From contig JAJECV010000005.1 in assembly GCA_022821875.1 (NCBI GenBank), forward strand, positions 365 to 64,364: a stretch of DNA of 64,000 nt, given 5' to 3'. Position 1 is the first letter of the stretch, and each line of letters starts with the position of its first letter. Position numbers and translations under genes: made by a program. Origin of the DNA: Rhodothermales bacterium (GTDB lineage Bacteria > Bacteroidota > Rhodothermia > Rhodothermales > Bin80). Below, one piece after another: positions 19,478 through 27,785 of this stretch. The notes beneath the pieces are model-generated. The model was not told the origin of the DNA and made no database searches. It saw nothing but the letters and a program-made list of their open reading frames with translations.

Positions 19478-19561
19478 TTCATTGCCCGCGCATCCAGACT
19501 GAATCCGCCAAGATTCCAGTTCTGGAACCTTTCTTTATTTTCGGAGTATACACTGCTTCAT

Positions 19562-19927
19562 GGGGATGATCAGGCTTCGACGGATGGCATCGCACAACAA
19601 GTCGCGTGTCGAGTCAATCTGACCTGGGCTCGTAAATCACGTCAGAAAACCTGTAACTGCGAACGATTATTCGTACGCGATGGCGGCATAGACCCGCTGT
19701 CTGTCTTCTGTGCATACCCGCTCACAGGTGGTACAGAAGGCATCGCCAGATGTGAGCACCCTGATCAGGATTCCGGCTGGATCCTGACGGGATATTGATC
19801 AGCCTTTGCGGACACCCGGCTTTGGCCGCACGCCATGGGTGAATGCAAGATATTAAAGTGTGGCCTACACACGTAGACGCTTGTCTGTCCGACCTTTCGG
19901 ACCCGGGTTCGATTCCCGGCATCTCCA
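19562..19927 (+). ncRNA. ssrA: tmRNA (transfer-messenger RNA)
   Basis: 5' GGGGATGATCAGGCTTCGACGG pairs with 3' ...GGACCCGGGTTCGATTCCCGGCATCTCCA (acceptor stem with a G3:U pair, T-arm GGGTTCGATTCCC). Tag reading frame 19659-19691 is GCG AAC GAT TAT TCG TAC GCG ATG GCG GCA TAG, giving ANDYSYAMAA*. The terminal CCA is not fully encoded (genome reads ...TCCACAA). Confidence 0.9.
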
Positions 19928-19930
19928 CAA

Positions 19931-19961
19931 CAGGAATGCCCGCCTTGTGCGGGCATTCCTG
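19931..19961. terminator. Intrinsic terminator shared by ssrA and the convergent isomerase gene
   Basis: Perfect 13-bp stem caggaatgcccgc / gcgggcattcctg with loop cttgt, followed by TTTAATT on the + strand. The stem ends 2 nt from the stop codon (19963-19965) of the minus-strand gene. Confidence 0.8.
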
Positions 19962-19962
19962 T

Positions 19963-20820
19963 TTAATTCCGCCCGGATAACCCTATCAGGGAGTCGAATA
20001 AGGAACGCTGCTGCCTTAGTGCAGCAATCCGGTCTGGAGGATCCGTTCGGGCCTCCAGTAAAATCCAACCGGCATAATTGGATCGTGCAAACAGTTCAAA
20101 GAGTTGCCTGTACGGATACGCGGTGCTGTTCAGTTCACGCACATGGGCGGTCTGTGCAAGATATCCCTGGACAAGTTCAAAATTGTGTGCAAGTCCCGGC
20201 GCATTTAAGTCCGCCTCATTACAGTTCCAGCATACGCGAACATTATGATGACGGGTTGCCTCCATGATTTGCCGGATCACGGGGAGTGCATCCGTACGAT
20301 ATCCATGAACTTCCAGCCGGATTTCCTGCCCATAATCCTCCCCGAACCGGCCAAGTGTCCGCAGAGCCCGGGCAATCTGGGCAATCGTCTGCTCTTCTGG
20401 AATCCCATCCGGCAAAGCATCCGGCTTTACTTTGACCCCGCTTGCTCCTACATCGTGAGCCAGAATGACGGACGCTTTTGCCTGACTGATTGCGTGCGCC
20501 TGCCGGGCGGCTTCCAGGTGATGGAATGACCAGTTGGTTCCCAGTCCGACCAGTCTCACGTCACTATCCATGAATTGCGACTGCACGGCTGCACGTTCTG
20601 CCGCGGACAGGTGCACCTCTACACCATGTGCGTGTTCGGTCCGCAGTTCCACTCCTTCCACCCCGGTATCCTGACAGTTCCGTATCAGTGTGGAGATATC
20701 CCAGTCCCGTCCCCACAGGTAGGTCACAAGTCCAAATCTCATATCCCCGCGTTTCCTGGATATTGAATCCAGCAGTCCGCCAAGCGGTCGCATAAAAAAC
20801 TGACGACGAGATGAGTACAT
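19963..20820 (-). CDS. Sugar phosphate isomerase/epimerase (xylose isomerase-like TIM barrel)
   Basis: MRFGLVTYLWGRDWD...GVEGVELRTEHAHGVE...VRLVGLGT...EIRLEVHGY...NVRVCWNCN...AGWILLEA is the typical AP-endonuclease-2/XI-like TIM barrel pattern. The true start may be the internal MRFGLV. Confidence 0.85.
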   Translation of the reverse strand: MYSSRRQFFMRPLGGLLDSISRKRGDMRFGLVTYLWGRDWDISTLIRNCQDTGVEGVELRTEHAHGVEVHLSAAERAAVQSQFMDSDVRLVGLGTNWSFHHLEAARQAHAISQAKASVILAHDVGASGVKVKPDALPDGIPEEQTIAQIARALRTLGRFGEDYGQEIRLEVHGYRTDALPVIRQIMEATRHHNVRVCWNCNEADLNAPGLAHNFELVQGYLAQTAHVRELNSTAYPYRQLFELFARSNYAGWILLEARTDPPDRIAALRQQRSLFDSLIGLSGRN

Positions 20821-21468
20821 GTATCACATCATGGATCCTCACCTTACACCGAAACACAGCAGAAAGGATCCCTGACAAACTTATTCGCACTTCCGGGAAA
20901 ACACAGGTTATCTCTCTTGTTTGGTAGCTGTACATGGAATCCCACAGAACACATCCTCTTCAGAGCCATTAACCGCAACTGGGCGGGTCGACCATCGGAC
21001 TACAGAAAGATCATCCTGAACTACATTCGTATTCCCAGCAATAATTCCAAACGAAACGTGGATACCGCGCGAGTGACCCTAACAGCGGGAAACCGGAATC
21101 AAAATCAGCAAAGGGCAGACGGACAAATTAAGCCTGATTCACCGCGAATTCATCTTCAACTGGAGCGATAGCATCAATCCTGAAATTCACCGGCCGCTCA
21201 TATGCCGACATTGGAAACCTGCCTCGTCGCACTGAAGGAGACAAGCGGAACGTTAATCCCCGTGACACCGTAATATAGAACTATCAGAGCATCACTGGAA
21301 ACGAAGATGGGCAGTTTATTCTCTGGCGAACCCTCAGATGCAACCGGGATGCTTCCAGTGCTCAGGATTCAGTCTATGAAAATTGCATTGGGAGCGGAGT
21401 TTGGTGTAGAAAACTATGGAACTTATCTACGTGAGTAATTCAGAATGGATTTTTTTATTCTGGCGGAT

Positions 21469-21605
21469 CAAACGGACACAATCGGGAAAGATCATCGCCT
21501 CCCCGACTGCCTGCACAACATCATCCGCTTGATGCCATGCCCGTTAAGGATGGTCAGACAAAGCCCCCCGCTGGTTCAAGGATGCGGCAGTATGTGAACC
21601 TCCGT
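21469..21605 (+). repeat. Copy A of a 137-nt direct repeat (IS200/IS605-type left end plus the first tnpB codons)
   Basis: caaacggacacaatcgggaaagatcatcgcctccccgac...ggcagtatgtgaacctccgt aligns without gaps to 25574-25710. I count about 17 mismatches in 137 nt. Confidence 0.8.
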
Positions 21606-22394
21606 TTTCGTCTGCGAGGGGGCAGGAAGACCTGCCGGTTCCTGAATGAACTGGCGGGTGCCAGCGGGTATCTCTGGAATGCGGCGCTTACAGAATCCAA
21701 ACACGATTATACAGAAACCGGTCAATCCCGGACCTCCCCGTTTAATCTCTACAAGTGGTATAACGAACACAGGGATACGGCCGCACCATGGCTAAGGGAG
21801 TATTCGGTTGATTTGCCCCGTACCGTACGGAAGAATCTGTCCGATGCCTGCAAGCAGTTCTTTCAAAAGAAGCGCGGGCTCCCCGGGTTCAAGGAAAAAG
21901 GCAAGCCGAAAAAAAGCTTCGCCGTAGATGTATCAGGGGGAAAGATGTGTTCAACGGATGGATACGTTCGGCGAAAACTGGGCATGCATGTGAAGATGAT
22001 ACGATTCTCTCGGTTGAACCGCTATGCAGACCCAGTTCCCAAACCTGCCCGCATTTTTGAGGAAAACGGGAATGGGCACATGACGGCAGTCTATGAAATA
22101 GATGCAATTGAGCGGGATACTGACGGTACTGGCATTGGGGTTGACCGCAATTGTGGGCAGGTCGCCGACAATACGGGAGGGATCTTCTGTTATGTGGACA
22201 CAAAGAATCGACGGACGCAGTCCGAATCTCTGTGTCTTGCGTGCGGTGGTCAAGTGAATGCGGAACCAGCGCGTCCATCAACATCAGGATATCGGGGATG
22301 GCGTTCTGGCAGGAAAACCTGCCGGACGGGTATAGGGCCTATGATTGACCTGTGGTTGCGGAGCGCAAGCCTGCAACCGGGCACCAGGCCATGA
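21537..22394 (+). pseudogene. tnpB: IS200/IS605-family TnpB (OrfB) relic, internally deleted and frameshifted
   Basis: N-terminal TnpB pattern YVNLRFRLRG...YLWNAAL...APWLREYSVDLPRTVRKNLSDACKQFFQKKRGLPGFKEKGKPKKSF...GIGVDRN (RuvC-I). The ORF then jumps within ~25 aa to the Zn-finger/RuvC-III region (CLACGGQVNAE), and the expected ...SINIRISGMA tail is in another frame (ORF 22151-22348). About 285 codons against ~400 for intact TnpB. No tnpA present. Confidence 0.75.
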
Positions 22395-22471
22395 AACGCC
22401 AAAGAGAATGCAGAATACCGGGGTACTCATGTATATAGTTCCCAAAAAAATGAACAACCCTTAATTTGACA

Positions 22472-25426
22472 ATGATCGGTACGACAGGCGAAGAAACTTT
22501 CAATCAGAAATTTGCAGAAGCTCTTCGTCAAACCCATGCGCCATGGCAACCCAAAGATTGCATCATTGTCGAACGACATGGTTTGATTAGCGGGTCTAAT
22601 CTGAAGCCGGACATCGTGATTAATGACCCAAAGTATCCTCCCCTGAATATTGAGACCTCTTTTCATGCCAGAGATGCGGATCAAGATGTAACGAAATACT
22701 TGGGCAGACTGACAAAGATATCCGCCCACCCGATCCATACATCTGTTGCCGTTCATATTCCCGGCAGTTTCAGGAAAACAGACGATTCGGAAATTTGCGA
22801 AAGCCTTTTATCGGGCGCTGAAATACGGTACGCGGTTCACAGGGAAAACAGAAATGGAGGGCGCTGGCCCAGAGAAGGTTTTATAGCCGGGGCAATTCAC
22901 GACATCAAAACATTACTGTTGTCCCTCGCCATTCCCGATGAAAGGATTAGTGAAGTTGGACAGGAAGTGGCAAATTTGGTGAGAGATACAGCAAACATAT
23001 TAGCTGCCCGATTATCTGACAATGATCAGGACCTGCTCTCAAGCCGATTACTTCAGCGTTCCCCATTGAATGGATTACGCACGATGATGGTGCTTTGGTT
23101 AAATGCGCTTTTAGTGCAGCGAAGGCTCGAACTGCAAGTTGAGTATGGAAAGGACAATCGTGTCCCCGTGGTACCGTCAGCTTCTAAAGAACCCCCGCTT
23201 GATCCACGAGAGCGATTAAAGGTGTGGGAGTCCATCCATGGACATAACTGGAGATCTATCTTCCAGCCCGCGATTGAAGTGTTGCGAGAGTCAATAAGTT
23301 TGGATCCAGGTGCCACTTCCAGTGCACTCTCCATCCTGGATGAGTGTGTCAGGAAAATAGAATATGCACAAATTGGCTTACATATTAGCGTAGGAGCTGA
23401 ACTCTTTCCTGTGCTGAGCGATGATCGTAAAGCAGCGGCAGCGTTTTATACTCGGCCAAGCACGGCGGAAATGCTTGCGGATCTAACTATTTCCCAGGAA
23501 AACATTTCAGAGGATGACTGGGCAGACCCATTCCTCTTTCGCTCCCATAAACTGGTTGACATGGCATGCGGTACTGGCACACTCCTTCGTGCAGGATATA
23601 GGCGCATTGTAGATCTTCATGAGAGACATGCACGCAAAAATGCGGATATCTGCTCAATGCACACCGCAGCCATGGAGGGCGGACTTATCGGGGCGGATAT
23701 CTCTCCTATCGCCGCTCACCTGACCACATCGTCTTTAGCATCCATCGGCGAGGGAGATACTTATGGGGATACCCAGATTGGTTGGATCGGCATCGGAGGG
23801 AAGGGACATAAGACAGGGGCTTTGGAGTACTTTAAGACCGACAATGTAAACGACCTTTTCTCAGACCCGCACATAGGTAGGACATCTGGTTCGGGGAAAT
23901 ACGAGAATATCTCTGTGGATATCCCGGAGGGTAAGATAGACTGGATTCTCATGAATCCTCCTTACAAAAGGTCAGATGGAAAGCAAGGGGCTTTTGACGT
24001 TAGTGGTCTTTCAGATAAAGAGCGTAAAGAATGCCAGGAAAGATGGGGGAGGTTGATCCGGAATAAAGCCGCCAACAAAAGTGCCGGGTTAGGTGCGTCA
24101 TTTCTTGTGCTGGCAGATATAAAATGCAAGCAGGGGGGGCGGATTGGATTTGTACTCCCGCTTACTGCAGCATTCGGAGTAGAATGGATAAAGACAAGGA
24201 AAATGATAGAAGAGAAGTACAGTGAGATTACGATAATAACCGTATCGGGAGATCACTCGTACAGGGAAGGGTCCTTATCTGCTGATACAGGGATGGGGGA
24301 GATGTTGCTTGTGGCTACGAAAGTTGGATCCCGGCGAGAGGGCCCGAACAAGAGATGTAATCCAAACCGGATTTATAGCATTACGCTCAGGAAGCCCGTG
24401 GTACGTCTTGGAGAAGCCCGTGAAGCAGCACGTGCTATTAAGAACTTGATCAACGAAGCCAAAATTCGGGGACAGACATATTGCCCGGTACGGATCGGGG
24501 ATGACACAATCGGCGAATTCTTTGCCTTTCCCGTCGGAGGGGAAGGAGATCCGTGGTCGCCCTTAGGTGTTTTGCACAAGGATCTTGTGGTCGCTTGCAG
24601 AGGGCTTCGTGAGGGGAAACTGAGTTATACTGTTCCAGCAATTCCACTCGGAGTCTCAATGGTGAAAATGTCTGATCTGTTTACCATCGGCCCGGATGAA
24701 GGCAAGATAGGAAATATTGTCGGAGGGGATCAAAGGGGGGCTTTTGAGGTCTACCCAGTCGCTGATAAGGCAGATGCTTCTGGAACAGACAGAATGCTCT
24801 GGCGGGCCGACAAAAGTAAGCAGAAAAAGTTAATCGTCGATTTCACTCACAAAGGCATTCCTTGGGAAGAAATCGGGAGCAGTCAACAGGTCGAAAGAGT
24901 ACTTGGGGATCAATCTACACTGTTTTATGCGAAGAATATGCGCTGGACTTCCCAGAAATTACTATCGGCAATGACTGAAAATCCAGGAATGGGCGGCAGG
25001 GCATGGGTTTCGCTGGCACACAATGATGGGCGTATCAGAAAAGCGTTCGTCCTGTGGGCCAACTCAACACTAGGTTTTTTGGTTCACTGGACATACGGGA
25101 CGCGAACACAGGTGGGACGTTCCACAACAAGGATAAAAGCGATTGCGAATCTTCCATGTCCGCGTTTAGATGAAATTCCCGAAACCCGGTTATGTGAGGC
25201 AGAAAACATGTTTAACGAGATTGCCCAAAGGGAATTGCTTCCCGCATGTCAGGCTCATGTGGATGAAGTGCGACAGCAGATTGATCAAGCGGTCGTTAAG
25301 ATGTTCAACTTGGACCTTCGTGAAGCAATTCCGGCAATCAATATGCTTCGTTCCCATTGGTGTTATGAGCCAACCGTACACGGAAACAACAGGAAAGCGC
25401 TTGAACTGTTAGATGTCCATGATTGA
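22472..25426 (+). CDS. Fusion of an uncharacterised N-terminal domain, a gamma-class N6-adenine DNA methyltransferase and a TRD-like C-terminus (type IIG/IIL restriction-modification-like)
   Basis: MTase motifs in gamma order: FYTRPSTAEMLADL (X), VDMACGTGTLL (I), IGADISPIAAHL (II/III), ILMNPPYKRS (IV), GRIGFVLPLTAAFG (VI). C-terminal third has MSDLFTIGP...LWANSTLGFLVHW...IANLPCPRLD, like target-recognition domains. The N-terminal ~330 aa contains KPDIVINDPKYPPLNIETSF, a possible degenerate PD-(D/E)xK. ATG at 22472 is preferred over the TTG at 22466. Confidence 0.7.
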   Translation: MIGTTGEETFNQKFAEALRQTHAPWQPKDCIIVERHGLISGSNLKPDIVINDPKYPPLNIETSFHARDADQDVTKYLGRLTKISAHPIHTSVAVHIPGSFRKTDDSEICESLLSGAEIRYAVHRENRNGGRWPREGFIAGAIHDIKTLLLSLAIPDERISEVGQEVANLVRDTANILAARLSDNDQDLLSSRLLQRSPLNGLRTMMVLWLNALLVQRRLELQVEYGKDNRVPVVPSASKEPPLDPRERLKVWESIHGHNWRSIFQPAIEVLRESISLDPGATSSALSILDECVRKIEYAQIGLHISVGAELFPVLSDDRKAAAAFYTRPSTAEMLADLTISQENISEDDWADPFLFRSHKLVDMACGTGTLLRAGYRRIVDLHERHARKNADICSMHTAAMEGGLIGADISPIAAHLTTSSLASIGEGDTYGDTQIGWIGIGGKGHKTGALEYFKTDNVNDLFSDPHIGRTSGSGKYENISVDIPEGKIDWILMNPPYKRSDGKQGAFDVSGLSDKERKECQERWGRLIRNKAANKSAGLGASFLVLADIKCKQGGRIGFVLPLTAAFGVEWIKTRKMIEEKYSEITIITVSGDHSYREGSLSADTGMGEMLLVATKVGSRREGPNKRCNPNRIYSITLRKPVVRLGEAREAARAIKNLINEAKIRGQTYCPVRIGDDTIGEFFAFPVGGEGDPWSPLGVLHKDLVVACRGLREGKLSYTVPAIPLGVSMVKMSDLFTIGPDEGKIGNIVGGDQRGAFEVYPVADKADASGTDRMLWRADKSKQKKLIVDFTHKGIPWEEIGSSQQVERVLGDQSTLFYAKNMRWTSQKLLSAMTENPGMGGRAWVSLAHNDGRIRKAFVLWANSTLGFLVHWTYGTRTQVGRSTTRIKAIANLPCPRLDEIPETRLCEAENMFNEIAQRELLPACQAHVDEVRQQIDQAVVKMFNLDLREAIPAINMLRSHWCYEPTVHGNNRKALELLDVHD

Positions 25427-25573
25427 ATGCCTCCCTGTTGTGTCACCCTGCAACAGACAAAACCATGACAACACTATGTTCTGAAGGAGTCATCAAAGAG
25501 AAACCTGTGGGGACAGACCGGGAATTATAACTGAACTGTAGCCCGGAATGGGAATCTTTTCCAGTCAGACGGA

Positions 25574-25710
25574 CAAACGGATACAATCACGAAGGATCAT
25601 CGCCTCCCCGATTGCCCACCCAACATCATCTGCCTGATGCCATGCCCGTTAAGGATTGTCAGACAAAGCCCCCCGTTGGTTCAAGGACACGGCAGTATGT
25701 GACGTTCCGT
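25574..25710 (+). repeat. Copy B of the 137-nt repeat (solo, truncated tnpB 5' end)
   Basis: Same orientation as copy A. Homology stops after ~8 tnpB codons (ggcagtatgtgacgttccgt), then unrelated sequence follows. Confidence 0.8.
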
Positions 25711-25789
25711 AATAGATCCTCTGTTAGCCGGTAATACAGTCCCCTTAATAAATTCCCCTTCAAGATAGAAACGGGGTGGATAGCGCTCC

Positions 25790-25920
25790 TCTGCACGGTG
25801 TGCGTGCACTCCATCTACCGCGGTATTCTGGCAACTCCGTATCCGCAGGTAAGTCACGAGTCTATATCTCACCTCCCCGCGTTTTCTGGACATTGATTTA
25901 AGTACGCCTCGAACGGACAC
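25790..25920 (-). pseudogene. Decayed fragment of a sugar phosphate isomerase gene 5' end (paralogue of 19963-20820)
   Basis: ORF 25681-25920 begins MSVRGVLKSMSRKRGEVRYRLVTYL..QNTAVDGVHAHRAE, against SISRKRGDMRFGLVTYLWGRDWDISTLIRNCQDTGVEGVELRTEHAHGVE of the intact gene. DNA similarity extends ~80 nt upstream (25921-26000 vs 20821-20900). The fragment has in-frame deletions and no downstream barrel. Confidence 0.7.
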
Positions 25921-26310
25921 CCAAAAACTGACAGCAGCAGGAGTGCTTGCAGCACCGCTTAAACACCCACACTATACAGAACACAACTGAAAAGATCCCG
26001 GTAAACCTGTTGCATCTCCAAAAAATCAGATTCTGTCTTTTGCCCCCTCGGCCTGCAAATGCTGACGAAATTCAAGAGAGTCAAATTCGCCGCCTGCCAC
26101 AATCTGGTTCCCGCACAGTCCCTGAGGTTCCAGTGCATTCCTGATGATCATCCCCCGCACTAGCAGCAATACTGCTCCAAAAATCACTGATGGTCTCAGA
26201 AAATTTGCTCCGAATGTCAATAATATTCAAAAATTTCTTATATTGGACTTCCCAGTCCGCTTTTATGAAAGCGGTTCCACATCCACAGTTAACTATAACT
26301 TCATTCTTTC

Positions 26311-27708
26311 ATGCTAGGAGACAAGCAAAATTCTCGTCGTGACTTTATCAAGAAATCCGCTATCGGCACCGCCGCAGTGATGGCCGGTGTACAGGGTACA
26401 CGAAATGTGCGTGCAACCGCACCCGCTACCGGTTCGGTATTGGGTGCAAATGACACCGTGGTATGCGGGTTCATCGGTGTAGGAGGGCAAGGCTACAATG
26501 CACATCTCTTGAACGTTACCAATCCCACAGACAATGGCCGACCACGGCACAATGTCCAGTTGAATGCGATTGGCGCAGCCGCCTGCGATTTATTCTCCAA
26601 GCGGCGTGATCAGGCGCACGCTGCGCTGGATGCCGCCCGTCAGGAAGCCGGCCGCGAAGCCGCCGTCGAAGTCCATGAAGACTACCGGGCAGTTCTGGAT
26701 AATCCGGATATTGATGCTGTGTTTATTGGCACTGTTGACCACTGGCATACAAAGATCGCCGTGGATGCATTGGATGCAGGCAAGCATGTCTACTGCGAAA
26801 AACCGATGACCCGGTATTTTGCCGAAGGATTTGAGATCTATGACAAGGTCAAGGAGACGGGCCATAAATTTCAGATTGGCTCACAGTTCTGTACTCAGGG
26901 CAAATGGCACGCCGCCGCAGACCTGATTCGCGCCGGACGGATCGGCCCGTTGGTGCTGGCACAGGATTCCTACTGCCGCAATACACCCATCGGTGAGTGG
27001 AATTATTATACCCTTGAGCCGGAACTGGAACCCGGAGTCACCCTGGACTGGGAAAAATGGCTCGGACCCGTATCCTCCCGTGAATTCAATGCACAGCACT
27101 ACCACCGCTGGCGCAAGTATTATCCGTACTGTGCAGGGATCCTCGGAGATCTCCTTGCGCACCGGATCCATCCCCTCCTGATTGCAACCGGCGCTCCAGA
27201 GTTCCCAAAACGCGTATGCTCGGTTGGGAATAAAAAAATCGGAGATGCCAACCTGGGAGCAGAAGACCGCGATGTGACGGATAACTGCCAGTTGCTCGCT
27301 GAATTCCCGAGCGGCCTCTGTATGGTGGTCACCGGGAGCAGTGTAAACGAACAGGGACTCGGTCAGGTGATCCGCGGAAATGAAGGGACGCTGTACTTCA
27401 GTGGAGAAAGTCTGGAACTCCGCCCCGAACGCCCATTCGCTGATCTGGTCGATGGAGAGCAAATGGACAACCTCCTGCCCGGTGCAGATGTGCCTGCTCA
27501 TATCCATAATTTCTTTACGGCGATCCGTGAAGACGGACAGACGAACGGGAATATTGATGTGGCCATCCGGGCACAGACGATCATCTCTATGGCAGAATTG
27601 AGTGAGCGTATGGGCGAAATGATCTACTTCAACGAGGAAGAACGGTCACTCCATACCGGTAGTGGTTCAAAAATTGAACCCATCACCTACGAAACCGAGA
27701 CGCACTGA
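26311..27708 (+). CDS. Gfo/Idh/MocA family oxidoreductase, Tat-exported
   Basis: Twin-arginine signal NSRRDFIKKSAIGTAAVMAG. Rossmann GFIGVGGQG and the EKPM motif (HVYCEKPMT). Confidence 0.9.
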   Translation: MLGDKQNSRRDFIKKSAIGTAAVMAGVQGTRNVRATAPATGSVLGANDTVVCGFIGVGGQGYNAHLLNVTNPTDNGRPRHNVQLNAIGAAACDLFSKRRDQAHAALDAARQEAGREAAVEVHEDYRAVLDNPDIDAVFIGTVDHWHTKIAVDALDAGKHVYCEKPMTRYFAEGFEIYDKVKETGHKFQIGSQFCTQGKWHAAADLIRAGRIGPLVLAQDSYCRNTPIGEWNYYTLEPELEPGVTLDWEKWLGPVSSREFNAQHYHRWRKYYPYCAGILGDLLAHRIHPLLIATGAPEFPKRVCSVGNKKIGDANLGAEDRDVTDNCQLLAEFPSGLCMVVTGSSVNEQGLGQVIRGNEGTLYFSGESLELRPERPFADLVDGEQMDNLLPGADVPAHIHNFFTAIREDGQTNGNIDVAIRAQTIISMAELSERMGEMIYFNEEERSLHTGSGSKIEPITYETETH

Positions 27709-27725
27709 ATTCGGTGAACTGCAGA

Positions 27726-27761
27726 GATCTGGAAGAGACGGAAATACGTCTCTTCCAGATC
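27726..27761 (+). other. Perfect 15-bp intercistronic stem-loop between the first dehydrogenase gene and apbE
   Basis: gatctggaagagacg (27726-27740), loop gaaata, cgtctcttccagatc (27747-27761). No U-tract follows. Lies 18 nt after the stop at 27706-27708 and 25 nt before the apbE ATG. Confidence 0.6.
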
Positions 27762-27785
27762 CGTCTGCCCCAGACAGAACTGCTG

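Noticed and set aside
19928-21468. Classical ssrA-targeted genomic island (integrase plus duplicated ssrA 3' end) downstream of tmRNA
   Set aside because: No integrase-like ORF and no second copy of the ssrA 3' end are visible. An intact housekeeping-type gene converges directly on ssrA. The accessory DNA begins only beyond that gene and is bracketed by a different duplication.
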